DNA of 64,000 nucleotides from Geosiphon pyriformis uo1 (GCA_016748015.1 JAAOMT010000226.1:354604-418603), one strand, 5' to 3'. Positions 13,221 to 27,623 are shown, counted from the first letter of the stretch. Numbers and translations: made by a program. The notes: generated by a model not told the origin, from the letters alone.

Positions 13221-14584
13221 TATAATAAATTGTAATAATAAAAAAGAATTCAGCTTAAAAAAATTTTTTTTTTATTCATGCATTTTTTACGCCTATTGTT
13301 GGAACTTTAACTAGTTACTCGATACTCGTGCAAAAGCTTATGTTATTGTATGACCTTTTTTGTGTCTAATTTATGATTGATAGCTAATAGCATTCCCGAA
13401 TATTTAATACATTCTACGGTTTTTTATGATTGACAATAAATCCGAATAATATTGGATATCTTTATCTGATTCGGATGATGATATTGATTAGATCAATGTT
13501 TTAAAGAAAACAATATTTGAAATTTTTAAATATGATGATTATGATTATTATGAGGATGAGGATGAGGATGAAGATGATGAAACTTTTTAACTTTTTTTAA
13601 TTACGATAAAATATTTCCCAGCTTACCAGTTTCAACAACCACGTACACTTACAGTATCTCTTTCTCTCTCTTTCTCTTTCTCTCTCTCTCTTTCTCTCTT
13701 TCTCTTTGATAAAGTGAAAATTTTTTTTTGTCAACAATTGAATCCCCAATAAAAAACTCCATCCATGAATTTTTTAAGTCAAAAATACCAACAAATTTGA
13801 TTTGTTACAAGAATTATATGTTATTTATCGGAAAAATTGTTCCTTATAAATTCAAAATAAATTTCCGTTTTATTTCATACATATATGGGCGTTTCAATAA
13901 TGCAGTGTGGATCATATGTGAAATTAGGATCGCTTCTGATAGTTTTTTTTTGGAAAATCAGTGTAACGTTTACCACGTGGTAAATTAAAGATGTTCCGAA
14001 GATTTGGTGTCATGTAAAAAAAATTTTTAGCCAGTCCTTTTGGTGCCCAAATTGGTTTGTGCGTCATACTAATTTCCACGTGCGTTTGACACCTGGTGAT
14101 ATTTGGCCGAAAATATTTATTTATTTAAAAAAAAATTTTCATATCAGCAAGTGATGATAATTGTTGATAGTAATGATAGATAGTGTTGGGAATCAATGTG
14201 TGAGAACAATTATTGTTTTTTTTGTTCAACAATTTTCCTTCCCCTTTTTTTCATTCTAAAACTTTTAGGAGGTGAAAAAAAAAAAAGTCCTAAGAAATAT
14301 CTCAGATCCACCAATGTCAACAATTAAATATTACAATCTCTAATCTTTGAAAAAAGCTCCGTTTAGAAATTGATGGGTTGTCAATATTTTGATCTTCAAA
14401 CAAAAGCAAAGAAAATCAGTTTCAATATGTCAAATTTTATAACATTTACATTGTGCATATCCCAATGGTATCGCATTAAGTTAGAAATTCTTTTAAAACA
14501 TGAATGTTCTTTTTCATACCCTGGATGATTAAAGATGAAACCTATAAAACCAGTGTAAGAAATATTTCTTGATTAGTAAGGTGG

Positions 14585-14624
<40 letters not shown>

Positions 14625-14640
14625 AATGATGATGATAATG
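14585..14640. repeat. (GAT)n microsatellite
   Basis: Visible run. It explains the poly-M ORF. Confidence 0.95.
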
Positions 14641-16655
14641 GCTTCACTCATTCGTTTTATCTATAATTTGAATAAACAGATCTTTGGTTTTTACATTATA
14701 TATCCAAATAAACCACAACAAACCCTTTTGATTGCCATTGCACGAGTATTTTTTGTTAACAATTGATGACTATTATTCCACTTTTTCCCAGTGGTTAGTC
14801 GTGCTGCTGATTCTCTCAAAAAAAGCACTCAAAAGATAGGTATTATCCATTTTTAGTCAACAAATTTACCAGGACATCTGACACAAATTTATGGGAGCTG
14901 TAACACTAAGCTACCATTATCATCATGCTTACTATAAGAATTAATACAAAAATTTCATATACTCTGTTAAAAAAATGTTGGCAAAATGATTGATGCCATG
15001 CAAATCATAATCATAATCATAATCATAATCATAATCATAATCATGATCATCATCATTTATTTATCTTTAACCATTCGTCGTAATTTTCAGGAAGATTTGC
15101 TACTTGAAAATTTCCTCGGATTCTCCTAGAACTATCTTATTTCGTCATATTTTCCATTTTTCTTCCTATCAATTAAATAATGTTTGCACTTTAAGTTCTT
15201 CAAAAAAAGATCACCCATGCAAATATTAACTCAAGACTTTGTTACACCATACTTTTTATTTCGTTTATCATAGGTTCTTGCTTTACGCCATATGGACAAA
15301 AACACCAAACTAATGTTGTCTTTAAACAGTAATTTAGCTTTCGAGACACTTAAGCAAACTCCCCAAACCCCCAACAATCGTAAACCCCGATCAGGTAATA
15401 AGACAAAATCACAACGAGTTTCAAGCTTGAAATAAGATAAATTTTATTTTTTATTTTTTATTTTTTATAACAAGTTACTGGGGAAACTTTAAAACTAATG
15501 TGACCCTGAAAATACAATGTTATAGGAATGGAAAGTGATTTTCAATTTGGTTATTATGAAAATAGCAATGATCTTTGCTTTATCGAAATTTGCTAATAAA
15601 AATTTATTTCTCTTACTAATCTTATTTTTTTAAACCGAGAAAACAATTTTTCTTAATTTACTCTTTAAAATAAATGCAAAATTTACCTAATCTTTTGAGA
15701 AAGAAAAGATTTTGCAATTAAATGAAAAGATTTATTCATCAGATATTAGTTTTTATTGGTAATCTATTAAAAATTCAATAGGGTTTAGATTTTTCAAAAA
15801 AAAAAAAAAAAAAAAAATTTTTTCCTTTTAAATAGCAAGTTTAAGTTTTTTAAACCTTTTTCGTTTTTTTGGATCCTCAATTAAAAAATATTTAATGTAA
15901 AATTATGAAGGATTTTATAGTATATACCTGATTTCTAATATTTTAATTAATTGACCAAATTTTTAGCTCTCGGATTTTCAATGACAAATCATCAAATAAG
16001 AATTTATTTATTTATTTATTTATTATTGGAAAAGAAAGCAAGATTTTATTTTTTGGGAAAAAAAATGGTCATCTTTCATGTCAATAACATGGACAAATTT
16101 TTATGGATACCAACCATTTAAATTTTTGTTCGGAAAATGATACTTTTAATATTCATGTAGAATTTAATTAAACTGTCTCACAAATGATTTTATGAAATAA
16201 GACTTGCACGCTACTCATTGATTCATTGATTCATTCATTCATTCATTCATTGATTCATTTATTTATTTTAATTTTGTATATCAAATATCATAATTTCCGG
16301 ATTTTTTTTTTAAAATAAATTAAACCTAAAAAAAATAAGATTCTATTAATAAAAAGGAAAAATATTAAAAAATTTTGATTCCTCACTTTTTTTTAATCAT
16401 TATGACTAATAATAATAATAATAATAAAGTCAATCAATCAATCAATCAATTTTTTTTTTTTTTTTTTTTTACAAAGGGAGAAATTCAAATATTTTATGCG
16501 AAAAAATGGTATATTTGTACAGAATTGGATAATTTCAAATCCTAGTTTTTGTCTTAAACAAATTCAATATATATATGGATATGGATATAGATATATTAGT
16601 TTTGTTTATCGTTTATTCAATGTACACAAAATATTTTGAATTTCTTATATATATA

Positions 16656-16656
16656 A

Positions 16657-16727
<71 letters not shown>
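16656..16727. repeat. (ATT)n microsatellite
   Basis: Visible run. Confidence 0.95.
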
Positions 16728-16728
<1 letters not shown>

Positions 16729-17767
16729 AGTCAGAATGACCAAAATAAAATTCATGTTCCAAATTAGTATTCAAACGAGAAAAAATATTTCAATGAAACA
16801 TTTATTATTATTATTATTATTATTATTCTTATTATTTATTATTATTATTATTATAATTATTATTATCTAAAATTAAATAAAAAAAAATTTTCAACCCATT
16901 CTTATTATAAGATTTTTTATCTTTTTTTTTTTTGATATTTCAAGGTTAGACTTTTGATCTTCAAAACACATGATGATGATGATGATGATGATTATTCGTA
17001 AAAGCTAATATTTCAAAAAAATATATATATATATATTATTATTTTTTCTTTTAAAATTCTTAAATTCTCTTATTAAATCTTTTCATAAAGCCAATCAAAC
17101 TATATATATATTCTTTTTCGTAAAAAAAAGAAACTTTTTTTTTCATCTAACTTGCTTTTTTTTTCTTTAATTAAAAATCAAGCTGGAAATCTCATGAAAA
17201 GAAAAGAAAAGAAAAGAAAAATTTTATATGATTAATAAAATATTTAGGAAAATTTCAAAAAATTTTAAATAGAATTTAGAAGATCTCATGAGATTTTAAT
17301 TTAAACTAACTGTAACGATAAACAGAAAAGTTGGTCTGTTTGGAGAATCAAAAATTTAATCACGATATTTTTTTTTAATTTAATTTCATATTCTTCTTTC
17401 ATGTTATTTTGTTCAAAGAGTCATTAAAAATTTGAGTCATTAAAAATAGATGAACAAATAAATTTTTTATAATTTTATTATTTTTAATTCTCCAAATCTC
17501 GAAACTTTTTGTTTCATTTTACCATTTTTAATCATATCTATATATTTAATGATATTTATATATTTAATTATATTCATTGGACCTAAAAATATAAATAATG
17601 ATGACGACAACAAATGAATTTGATACTGGAATCGTTATAATGCTTGGAAAAAAAAATTTAAAAATTTAAAACTTTTTTTATATTCATCTTCCTTTTGAAA
17701 TGATTGTAAAAAATACTTTTTTTCAAAAAATCTCAAAAATACTTAATGATAAGTTTTCTACTTTGCA

Positions 17768-17802
<35 letters not shown>

Positions 17803-17822
17803 NNNNNNNNNNNNNNNNNNNN
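17803..17822. other. Assembly gap (20 N) inside a poly-A tract
   Basis: N run flanked by long A runs (17769-17880). Confidence 0.99.
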
Positions 17823-17826
17823 AAAA

Positions 17827-17883
<57 letters not shown>

Positions 17884-18294
17884 TCTCTGATGGTTGAGAA
17901 ATTATTTAATCACATATATAATTATTGATTTTTAGCCAAAATCTTGATTAATCCGCTTGCAAAAACATTGTGATAATCATTGATATGCAAAATAAAAATA
18001 AAGCAAATCATAGATACATATCGGTTTTAAGTCATAATTCCATGAAATGACGCCTATTTATAAATAAACTTTAAAAAAAAATATAAATAGTAATGAACGT
18101 TGAAAATATAAAATTCAAATATCATTAAACAGGGAACGAAATTGCAAAAACATAAATATCAATTTCCATATATCATAAATAATAATTTATTCAGATAATC
18201 CATTTTTAGGTTTGTTTGTTAGTTTCTTTTTTTTTTCTTTTTTTTGTTTATATGTTTGTTTATTTGTTTATTTTTTTTGTTTATTTATTTATTT

Positions 18295-18536
18295 ATTTGT
18301 TTGTTTGTTTGTTTGTTTGTTTGTTTGTTTGTTTGTTTGTTTGTTTGTTTTTTTCGCAAAAATTATGTAAAACCCTCGACGGCCCCTTGAATTGAGCATT
18401 TTTTTTAAATTCCTTCCATCGTGAAATAAATAAGTCATATTCTTGTCTGAATTTATATAGGGTTCTGTAAGTTAGTAAAATTATTAAAAATGTTGGAGTT
18501 TTTAAATTGTTTTACTATAACATAATGATGATGATG

Positions 18537-18568
<32 letters not shown>

Positions 18569-18578
18569 GATAATAATA

Positions 18579-18617
<39 letters not shown>

Positions 18618-18700
18618 GTATCATTTATCTTTAGAGGTTTTATGTATTCATTGATCTTTTCACCCTGTACCTGTACCTGTACCTGTACATGTACATGTAC
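18295..18700. repeat. Compound microsatellites (TTTG)n, (GAT/AAT)n, (TGTACC)n
   Basis: Visible runs at ~18295-18350, 18525-18618 and 18666-18701. Confidence 0.9.
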
Positions 18701-21494
18701 CAGTCTATACCTACAAGATGATAATTATTTAGACTAAAAACTTTTGATTCAGGGAGTTAAAAATTAATGAGATATCTGTGAATCGTCTTTTGTCTTCAAA
18801 CTGCTCCCTAGATAATATTCATGTGGTAATTTTTAAAATTGATATTGAGCCTCGAGTTTTACCATGCATCAACAAAAGTTAACAAAAGTTTTGTTTCAAG
18901 ACCATTTTTATAAAAAAAAAAATTTTTTTGAATGTGATAATGATTTTTGTTTATCATAACTTTACTTCAAATCTCATTAAAAAACTTTTTTCCCTCATAA
19001 AAATAAAATATTTTCAATAATTAATGGGAATTTCCTACTAAATCCCTTGATTTTTCTTTTACGATCATTTTTTGGAAAATTTTTGGGCCACATGTCATTC
19101 AAAATTCAGAATTTCAGGGCTAGACATGACTTCTTTTTCCTGGAAAACCAGTATTAAATTTTCATGTGTCGGAAAATTATATTTGATATTTTCGCAAATA
19201 TTTTTTATTAATACTAAACCTTTTGATCATAATTTTAAGTAAATTTATGATCACTGATTCAACAGTCACATTGAAACACACGAAATTACCCGAAATTTTC
19301 GGAAAAATTGCTCTTTGTAATTCAATTTTTTCCGGTATTATATTGAAATTTTCATTGAAAATTGTTGAATGAGATTGTGAATGATAAATGTATATGAATA
19401 ATGAAATTAAAAAAAAATATATACTATTCAAATATTGTCAATCAACAATTTTTCATGTATTTATCTCAATTTTATTGTCACATTTTTTTGAAATTCTATT
19501 AAAGATTATTACCTTTTTTTTAAAAAATTAACCATTAAGAATCAAAGTTTTCTATCTAATTTTTGGATTGAGAATTTCTTCAAAAATTATTATTTAACCA
19601 TTTTTAAATTTTGACGATAATAGTCTTTTTGGAAAAAAAATTTTCAATTTAAGAAATTGTGGAATTAATTTCGAATTTCTTTCATAAATCAAATCGGGTA
19701 AACTATATTTTGTATCGTTACAAGATTGATTATTTTGTAAAGAATGAGAATTCTTTGAAATAAATATTTAAAACTTTACAATAAAATTTGTAAATGATTA
19801 TTTAAAACTGCTAACCAAGCAATTAAGATGTGAAAAATTTTATTTTATAACTTAACGTGTTATATATTTAATAAAAACAATATATACATTTAACTCTATC
19901 ATCTTAAATTATTGACTAAAGAAAAATGTAATCTAAAAACTATCTCTTTTGAATTACGAATATATTTCAAGAAAGTTACAATCAAGTATAGAGAAAAGCA
20001 TTTTATCAAGTGAAAAATACAAATAAAACCACTTTAAAAAAAAAAAAAGAAAAAGTAATACATCTTTGAAACTAAAAATCAAACAGATAAACTTGATAAA
20101 TCCTTCCAATTTTTTTATTATCTCAAATCATAATTTTAAAAAATTCAACAACCAATAAAACAAATGGTAATAAAATAATTTGGTAGTAAAACTAATGACT
20201 TTTTTAATTCATTTTAAATCTCCTATATTCTACCATGTTAAAAACCTTTCAATGAAAACCCATTAACACTTATAAATACCAATTTAATATTCATTATTTC
20301 TTGCTCAGTCTTAAAACAACTTTAACAAAAAAGTAATAACGAATTCAAAAGGTCATCAATATTATTTTTTGAAACCAGGTCTTTTTGTAATATTGAATAC
20401 ATATTTTATCTTAAACATCAAAAAATTATAAGATAATTTACAATGTAATTACTTAGAGAACTAATTTATTCACAATTCACAATTCACAATTCATTGATCA
20501 ATCATCCTGAATGTCTTTAACTTAATTATAAATAAAATTAATTTTAATATTAAAAAACATATAATCTAAATCAAAATTTTTAAATTTTAAGTGCAACTTT
20601 TATATTTTAAAATAAATATTTTTGTCACAGATCATAAATTTGAAATAATTTTAATTTAATATATGTCATTGGAAACTTCAATTGATTTAAATTTAGTTTA
20701 AATTTATTAAAAAATTATTTTTCTCATTATAATTATTATTATTATTGTTATATATAAATATCAAAACAAACCAAAATTTAATTTTTCAAAATTATTTAAA
20801 ATTATAAGTTATAATAATAATTTTTCATTTTTCATTAATTTCTAAAAAAATTTTAACCATTTTTGTGTACAAAGTTAAAAAATTTAAATTTTTTTCTGAA
20901 AATTTTTCAGTTTTTTTCAAAAAAATTCCTCTCCTCACCCACAAGTCATATGAAAACTTATTTTATCAGAATTTTTTTTAATAATTATTTTTTAGGTAAA
21001 CAATCATTTTATATATATATATATATATATATATTATTTAAGATCTTTAAGATTGAATAAAGTAGGATTATAAAATATACCCGGTTTAATTAAGAAAAAA
21101 AGGATTTTATAAAAATAAAAATTATCCTTTTTTTTTTTCTTGAATTTTCCCAAAATCGAAAATAGAATTTTTGTTTAAAAGTTAGAAAACTTGTGATCTT
21201 GTAAACCAAAAAAAAAAAAATTTGTTTAATTTCAAATCATTTTTTATGTATTTATAAAATGATTTTTTAAACCATTTTTTAGGAAATTAAAAGATTAATT
21301 AGTCTGTTACGATTTTTCAAAACAAATAAAATCTCAATAATTCGGTTATGATCAATATCAGCTCAAAAAATTAATTAAATAGAAAACTCACAGCACAATT
21401 TTAATCCACATGAAAATAATTTGAGAATCGAATAATAAATCAACACTCTTTAAAGAAATCTACACACATACAATCTCCGAATCTAGAAAAAATA

Positions 21495-22925
21495 ATGAAG
21501 CATCTCAATCATCTAATTAAATCATTTATCCAAAGTCGATGGCACAAAATACTTTGGCTCTCTTTTTTCCTTTTTTCCTCTAGATTTTTTTTGTTTTTTT
21601 GGAAAAATAATTTTTTGGAAATCGATTTAAATAAATATGCCTTCCCTTTTTCGAAGATTTCTTGGCATGAAAATGTTTTCACTGTTCGTTTAAGTAAAAA
21701 TCTCCATGAAAAATTTCCGAAAAAGTCTTTCATTTCAGAAGAAATTCCAATTCTAAAACGTTCACTATCGCCTGACGAAGATCCAAAAAAGAGACTTATT
21801 TCAATTAATGACACTGACCAGTTGATTCAAAAATTTGCAATATTTGCCAAATATGCTCAACAATCTTACTGTCTTAATGATACTTCAGGAAATTTAGGCT
21901 GGTTTGATGAGCCGCTTTATGGTATTTTAATTACTAGAGTTGCAAGAAGAAAATTAAAATATTAACCATGATTTAACATAAAAACATTCTCAAGCCCACG
22001 CATTTGCTTCAACGAAAACTAAAGAAGTTATCGTGATGTTAAGAGCAAAAGAAATGGATTTTTACAATTGGAGGAGTAGACGAGCTGGATGGGGCCTCTT
22101 TGGTTTAAACCAATTAATCGACCATACATTTGATGGTGTGTTTCAGACTGCGGTGAAGAAGATATTAATTATGATTAGAAATTTGTTTGAAATATACATC
22201 GATATTAGAAAGGTTAGAGTTGTTGGACATGGAGTTGGTGGGGGTAGTTAAAATATTTCGACTTTTTAATTCATTCTTTTTCGAGTTCCTGAGTTTTCAA
22301 TCCTGATTTTCATAATCACCTTTATTAGTTTACGCAGTTCTTACGGCACTAACATTACGCAAGAAGCACCTGAATCTTGATGTTCAAGTTTACACATTCG
22401 GTCAACCACGTTTCACAAATCCAGTACTGGCAATTTATATTAACAACGCCTTACCAGGGAGAATTTTTCGAATAACACATACTGATGATTATGTACCCCA
22501 ATTCTCACGAAAAGACTCAAGTCAAGTTCTGTTACACATGTATTGGCATCATGAGCGGGAATTTTGGATTTCTTATAATTGTGATTGTTCTAATGTTAAC
22601 GAAAATATGGATAAACCTATTGGCATGGAATCAGATGAAGATTTATCTTCAATGTATCAGGTTTATGAATGTGTGGGAAAAATTGTGACCGGCTCTGATT
22701 TGGTCGGGGTCATTGATGAAAATCCAGTAAGTTAAAACTTTTGGCGGTTGTTATACACAGGCTTCTAATTTTAACATTTATTGAAATCTAAGAAACATGT
22801 CGTCTAAATAAATTCTTTTCTAGGAATGTAATTCAGGAAACCAAGCAGGCCAGCAATTCATTAAAACTTCCTCCCATTTTGGTCCTTATTTTGGCAGATT
22901 TATGGGTAAATGTCCAAACGTCTGA
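21495..22925 (+). CDS. Class-3 (fungal) lipase-like protein with the catalytic Ser replaced by Gly; 4 exons
   Basis: Exons 21495-21921, 21995-22243, 22329-22726 and 22824-22925 (all GT-AG, frame-consistent). Motifs: hydrophobic N-terminal segment, FAKYAQQSYC, VVGHGVGGVYAVL, YTFGQPRF, RITHTDDYVPQ, YWHHEREFWI, HFGPYFG..MGKCP. Confidence 0.9.
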
Positions 22926-23227
22926 AGTTAATTTAATTCAAGAATAAGTTCTGTGGTTTTTTTCTCTTATAAATTAATCTCTTTGGAATTGCCTTTTGTT
23001 TTGATTGGGTTAAATGATACAATTAAACTAGAATTCCATTTTAATGATGAGCCAAATTTGACTCAAAGAATCAAATCTAAATTTATAATAAAAGTTAACA
23101 TAAATCTTTAGATAAATTTAGTTTAAATTGTGAAATCCGACCACGCTCTAAATATATTTATTTTTAAAAATTTGTCGCAAGTTTTTTTGCGATTCTTATC
23201 TTGTAATAGAATAATTAATCCAATAAT

Positions 23228-24595
23228 TTAAACTGAACAAAGACCCATCTGGTAGCCAAAGTATGGTCCATAATGTGAAGAAATACCTTGAAATCCGTAC
23301 TCCACTTCACTATTATTACATACCTAAATAATATTTCAAAGATTGATTTTTACAAAAATAAAGAAATGGCTTCAAAAAAAATGAATACAATACTTACCGA
23401 GCTCTCATCCAGAAATTTATAATGGGAGCTCATCTTACCAGGGCATTCATAAATAAGATATTCAGAAAACTGTGATCCTACTGGTGTATCGCATTCACAA
23501 TTATGCGAAGTAATCCAGTACTCTGTCTCGTGATGCATATAACCTGCGGTTTTTAATGGCACCTGTGGCACGTAGTCATAGGTATTTGTTATACGATACA
23601 ACTTTGGAATCTCACTTTCGACATGTCTCGCGAATTCCAAGTTTCCAATTCTTGGTTGACCATAGGTATATATTTCAATCTTCAATCTTCGGCGTTCCAG
23701 TTGTAAAATTAGGCCTGTAAGGACCGCGTATACTAGGGTGGATTGATTGAATGAATAACTGTTTTTATTTAGGTAACGGTTTTATCACGAATTTGAGGAT
23801 AAAGCTGTTAAAAACTCACCACCACCTACACCGTGCCCAGTTAAATGAAGAGAAGATCTCGGTCTTGAATCCAACAGTCGTCTTATCCTTTTGAGAATTT
23901 TTTTTTTTGCAATTTTAAAAGCATCCATGAATTCTGATTTTATCATTGCTCCAGGAACTTCTAGATATGGCTTTTGATGATGAATAATGTATCGCCATTG
24001 ATCGAATTCTCTTTCTTTGCCTCGAAAATATGCAATAACTTGATTTTTTTTTTTGCCTCGAAAGGAATAGGCTAGAGTTAAAGAAGCATATATTCTAAAT
24101 AGATGATTTTTATTTGATGTGCAAGCTTTTTGACATGAAAACTCGTAATAAAAAGTGTATACCATATACAGGGTTCTCCGAATGCCCTAGATTTTTAGAA
24201 AGACAATAAGCTTTTTTAGCGATAAACGCAAAATTCTTGAATCGTGTAAGTAGTTCAGGATTAGTGATTAGTCTTTTTGGGTTCTCTTGATCCCTGATCA
24301 TCCAAAATCGATTTCGTTTATGGCTTTTGATAATGGAAATATTTTTTTTTAACGATAAATCTAAAGAAATGTTCATAAAACTTTGTATCTTGGATCTTTG
24401 AATAACCGACAAAAAGCTATTATTTTCTAAGACTAGATAATTTTTTTCAGACATATTCTGGCTATTAAGTTGTATTGTGAAGATGGGAATTTTCGAAAAC
24501 AAAAGCAAAAATACAAGGAATAATGTCGTCACAGTTATGATGTTTGGCCTTAAAAAATTATTAAAAAGTAACTTTGATAAAGAGGAAGAAATCAT
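23228..24595 (-). CDS. Class-3 lipase-like paralogue with the catalytic Ser replaced by Gly; 4 exons
   Basis: Exons 24595-24163, 24071-23820, 23732-23398 and 23323-23228. Motifs: N-terminal TM/signal-like stretch, FIAKKAYC, LTGHGVGGVYAVL, YTYGQPRIGN, RITNTYDYVPQ, YMHHETEYWI, HYGPYFG.QMGLC. Intron positions and phases match the + strand copy. Confidence 0.9.
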
Positions 24596-26591
24596 TTGAT
24601 CTATTGTCTCTGGAAATTTTTATCATTTATAAAAATTTAAAACATCAATGAAAGCCATAGGTGAAACTCACAAATTCCAAGTTTTCTTTCTCTCAAAAAC
24701 TTGCAATTCCTTCATTGTCAAGTTTATATTGTCACATGTCTGTTTTGCTAATGAAATTTTAAAGCAAACAGTATCAGTGAACCAAAGGTTTGAAAGTTTA
24801 AAAGAATTGACAAATGGAAATGCAACGATTCAACACATGGTCTTACATTTCTCATTTTTATTTGTCTTAACTTTATGTTAAACATCAAGAGGATCTTTCG
24901 TTATCATGATTGATCAGTTATGACGGAAAAACAAATTCATATAAACGAATAATGATTAGTAACTGCGAAATCTATGATATTCTTGATATGATTAAGTCCC
25001 GTGAATTATATATATAGAGCTAAGTTGAAATAATTGTTTAGAGTAATTGTAAAATTGGAGGGGTTTTTTTTTTTGACAGATTACACATTTATCCTTTTTT
25101 GACACAGAGATTAAATATAAATTTAAAACATGACAAAAAATTTTATTTAATATTGAATAATATTTTGCAGAAAAACATTTACTTTTCTTTTATTTAATGT
25201 TATTATAAAAAAAATTAAAATTTGCTTAGGAATCTTGATAATTTTTATATTTATTCTAATTATTTTAAAATTTTCAAATTTAAAAATGAGTTTCAATATT
25301 TAATAAAATTCTGTAAATATCATTCATAAAGAATTTTTTTTTCAGAGATATCAAATTTAATAATTCTAATCTTTAATGAAATTTTGATAAGCCAATTTTT
25401 ATTGGAAAATTTTAAAAAAATTGAATCTTTAATTTTCGAATATTCAGGACAGAACGTAGAAAAAATGTTTCGTATGATGTGAGAATCGGCTAAAATTATA
25501 TGTAAAATTTTTTATTCATTATTTTGATTTACTTTTTGAACAGAAAAAACAAGATTAAGTCTGCTAAATTGCGTACTTAATAATAGATTTATTTTGTTTC
25601 TCGAGAATAGTGTGTGGGAAAAAAAAAAAGTAAACAAAAAAGCTAATATTAGAATTTTGAATCAAAAATTTAAATAATAAAAATCTATCTTTAAAGAAGA
25701 ATTTTAAATAACTATAAGATATCATTCATTCTTCCGCAAATAAGAAATTAATTAAAAAAAGCAAAATTAAAGGAGTAAGATGAATTAAGAAAGTGATCTT
25801 TTGTTTTATTAATACAAACTTTTGATTTTTTAGTCATTTAGAATTTACCATTTTAGGTTAAAAGTGAAATTTTCCGAAAAAATCCCTTTTTAATAATAAA
25901 AAGTTCTTTACAATGAACACGTTGCTTCAATCAGATAAGTTACTTTCCAAGATAAATATGAATTCAATAAATCTCTCTTAAAAATGGTATTTCAAACATT
26001 TATTTGCTTTGAATTTAAAACAGTTGAGAAATTTTGAAACCATCTTTTACCATCTCCTAATTTTGATGGTTTGAAAACGTATTCTTAAAATTTATTCAAA
26101 TCAAATTTGATATTTATATCATAATTGAAGTTTATTATAGTCGAAAATTCTCTATTTAATTTAAGATTTGACTGGCTATTTAATAGTTCCCCGCCCCTAA
26201 CTTAACCCTATTTAAAATCTCTAAAGTATACCCAAGAAGATATAGGAAGACGGCAGCCAAAAATCTTACTGAACATTATAAAAAGCTATGTCAAAAAGGC
26301 TTTTTTGATTTCTCGTCAATGGAATAACTATTCACTATTGAAATATTGTATAATAATAACGAATTTGTTGTTTTCTCGTCAATGGCTAGATTTTTTCCGG
26401 GATAAATATTCAAATCAATTTCACAAACATTATGTATCTCTCTTACAGGGGAAAGAATTATTCTTCTAAAACAGATCACCATGTTAAAGGTAAATAGAAA
26501 ATAAATAAAAAACATTCTAATTATTAGTATAAATTGGATCATATCATTCATTTTTTTTTTTGAATCTCAATTAGGGTAAAAAAAATTCAAA

Positions 26592-27623
26592 ATGAGTTTT
26601 AACGAAAAAAGTGATCAAGGTAGCCCTACAACTGAAGAACCTCACCTCATTAAAGGAAATCCTCAAGCCCAACAACCTTTTTATATTCTAACAAACTCTC
26701 AACCACAGCAAATTCAAGGAAATCCTCAAGCCCAACAACCTTTTTATATTCTAACAAACTCTCAACCACAGCAAATTCAAGGAAACTTTCAACCACAGCA
26801 AACTCAAGAAAACTTTCAATCACAGCAAACTCAAGAAAACTTTCAATCACAGCAAACTCAAGAAAACTTCCAACCACAGCAGACTCAAGGAAACTCTCAA
26901 CCACAGCAAACTCAAGGAAACTCTCAACCACAGCAAATTCAAGGAAACTTTCAATCACAGCAAACTCAAGGAAACTTCCAACCACAGCAGACTCAAGGAA
27001 ACTCTCAACCACAGCAAACTCAAGGAAACTCTCAACCACAGCAAATTCAAGGAAACTTTCAATCACAGCAAACTCAAGGAAACTTCCAACCACAGCAGAC
27101 TCAAGGAAACTCTCAACCACAGCAAACTCAAGGAAACTCTCAACCACAGCAAATTCAAGGAAACTTTCAATCACAGCAAACTCAAGGAAACTTCCAACCA
27201 CAGCAGACTCAAGGAAACTCTCAACCACAGCAAACTCAAGGAAACTCTCAACCACAGCAAATTCAAGGAAACTTTCAATCACAGCAAACTCAAGGAAACT
27301 TCCAACCACAGCAAATTCAAGAAAACTCTCAACCACAGCAAACTCAAGGTCAACACCTAAAGGAAAAATGGGAATTTGCTACTGCAGTGATAAAATTTTT
27401 CACGTAAGAATTTATGAAAAATATTTCAGTTTGTTAATAGAAAGAAAAAACACATTTTTTATCTTTTAAACCTTTAAATTTTTGATTCAAAAGTCAATGT
27501 TGCTCTTGCCTGGAAAATAATGAAAAATTCCAAGCAAAGAAGGAAGAGTTAGATTCAAAAATAAAAGAAGCATCTAATAAATATCAGGAAACTACACAAA
27601 TGAATATTCTCCCCACCCAATAA
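26592..27623 (+). CDS. Glutamine-rich tandem-repeat protein of unknown function
   Basis: ORF 26592-27407 has a good ATG context (AAAATG). A probable intron at 27404-27493 (GTAAGA...AAG) extends it with QCCSCLENNEKFQAKKEELDSKIKEASNKYQETTQMNILPTQ*. The second exon is less certain. Confidence 0.6.
26778..27344 (+). repeat. Coding tandem repeat: 21 x 27 bp (Q[GE]N[FS]Q[PS]QQ[TI]) with a 108-bp higher-order unit, preceded by a 60-bp duplication
   Basis: Units counted from the translation. The synonymous variant CAG-ACT recurs every 108 bp (e.g. 26880, 26988). Confidence 0.95.

Noticed and set aside
26650-27336. 228-aa antisense ORF (ESFLEFAVV repeats)
   Set aside because: Open only because the 27-bp unit has no stop in that frame. 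It has no true ATG start and is confined to the repeat.
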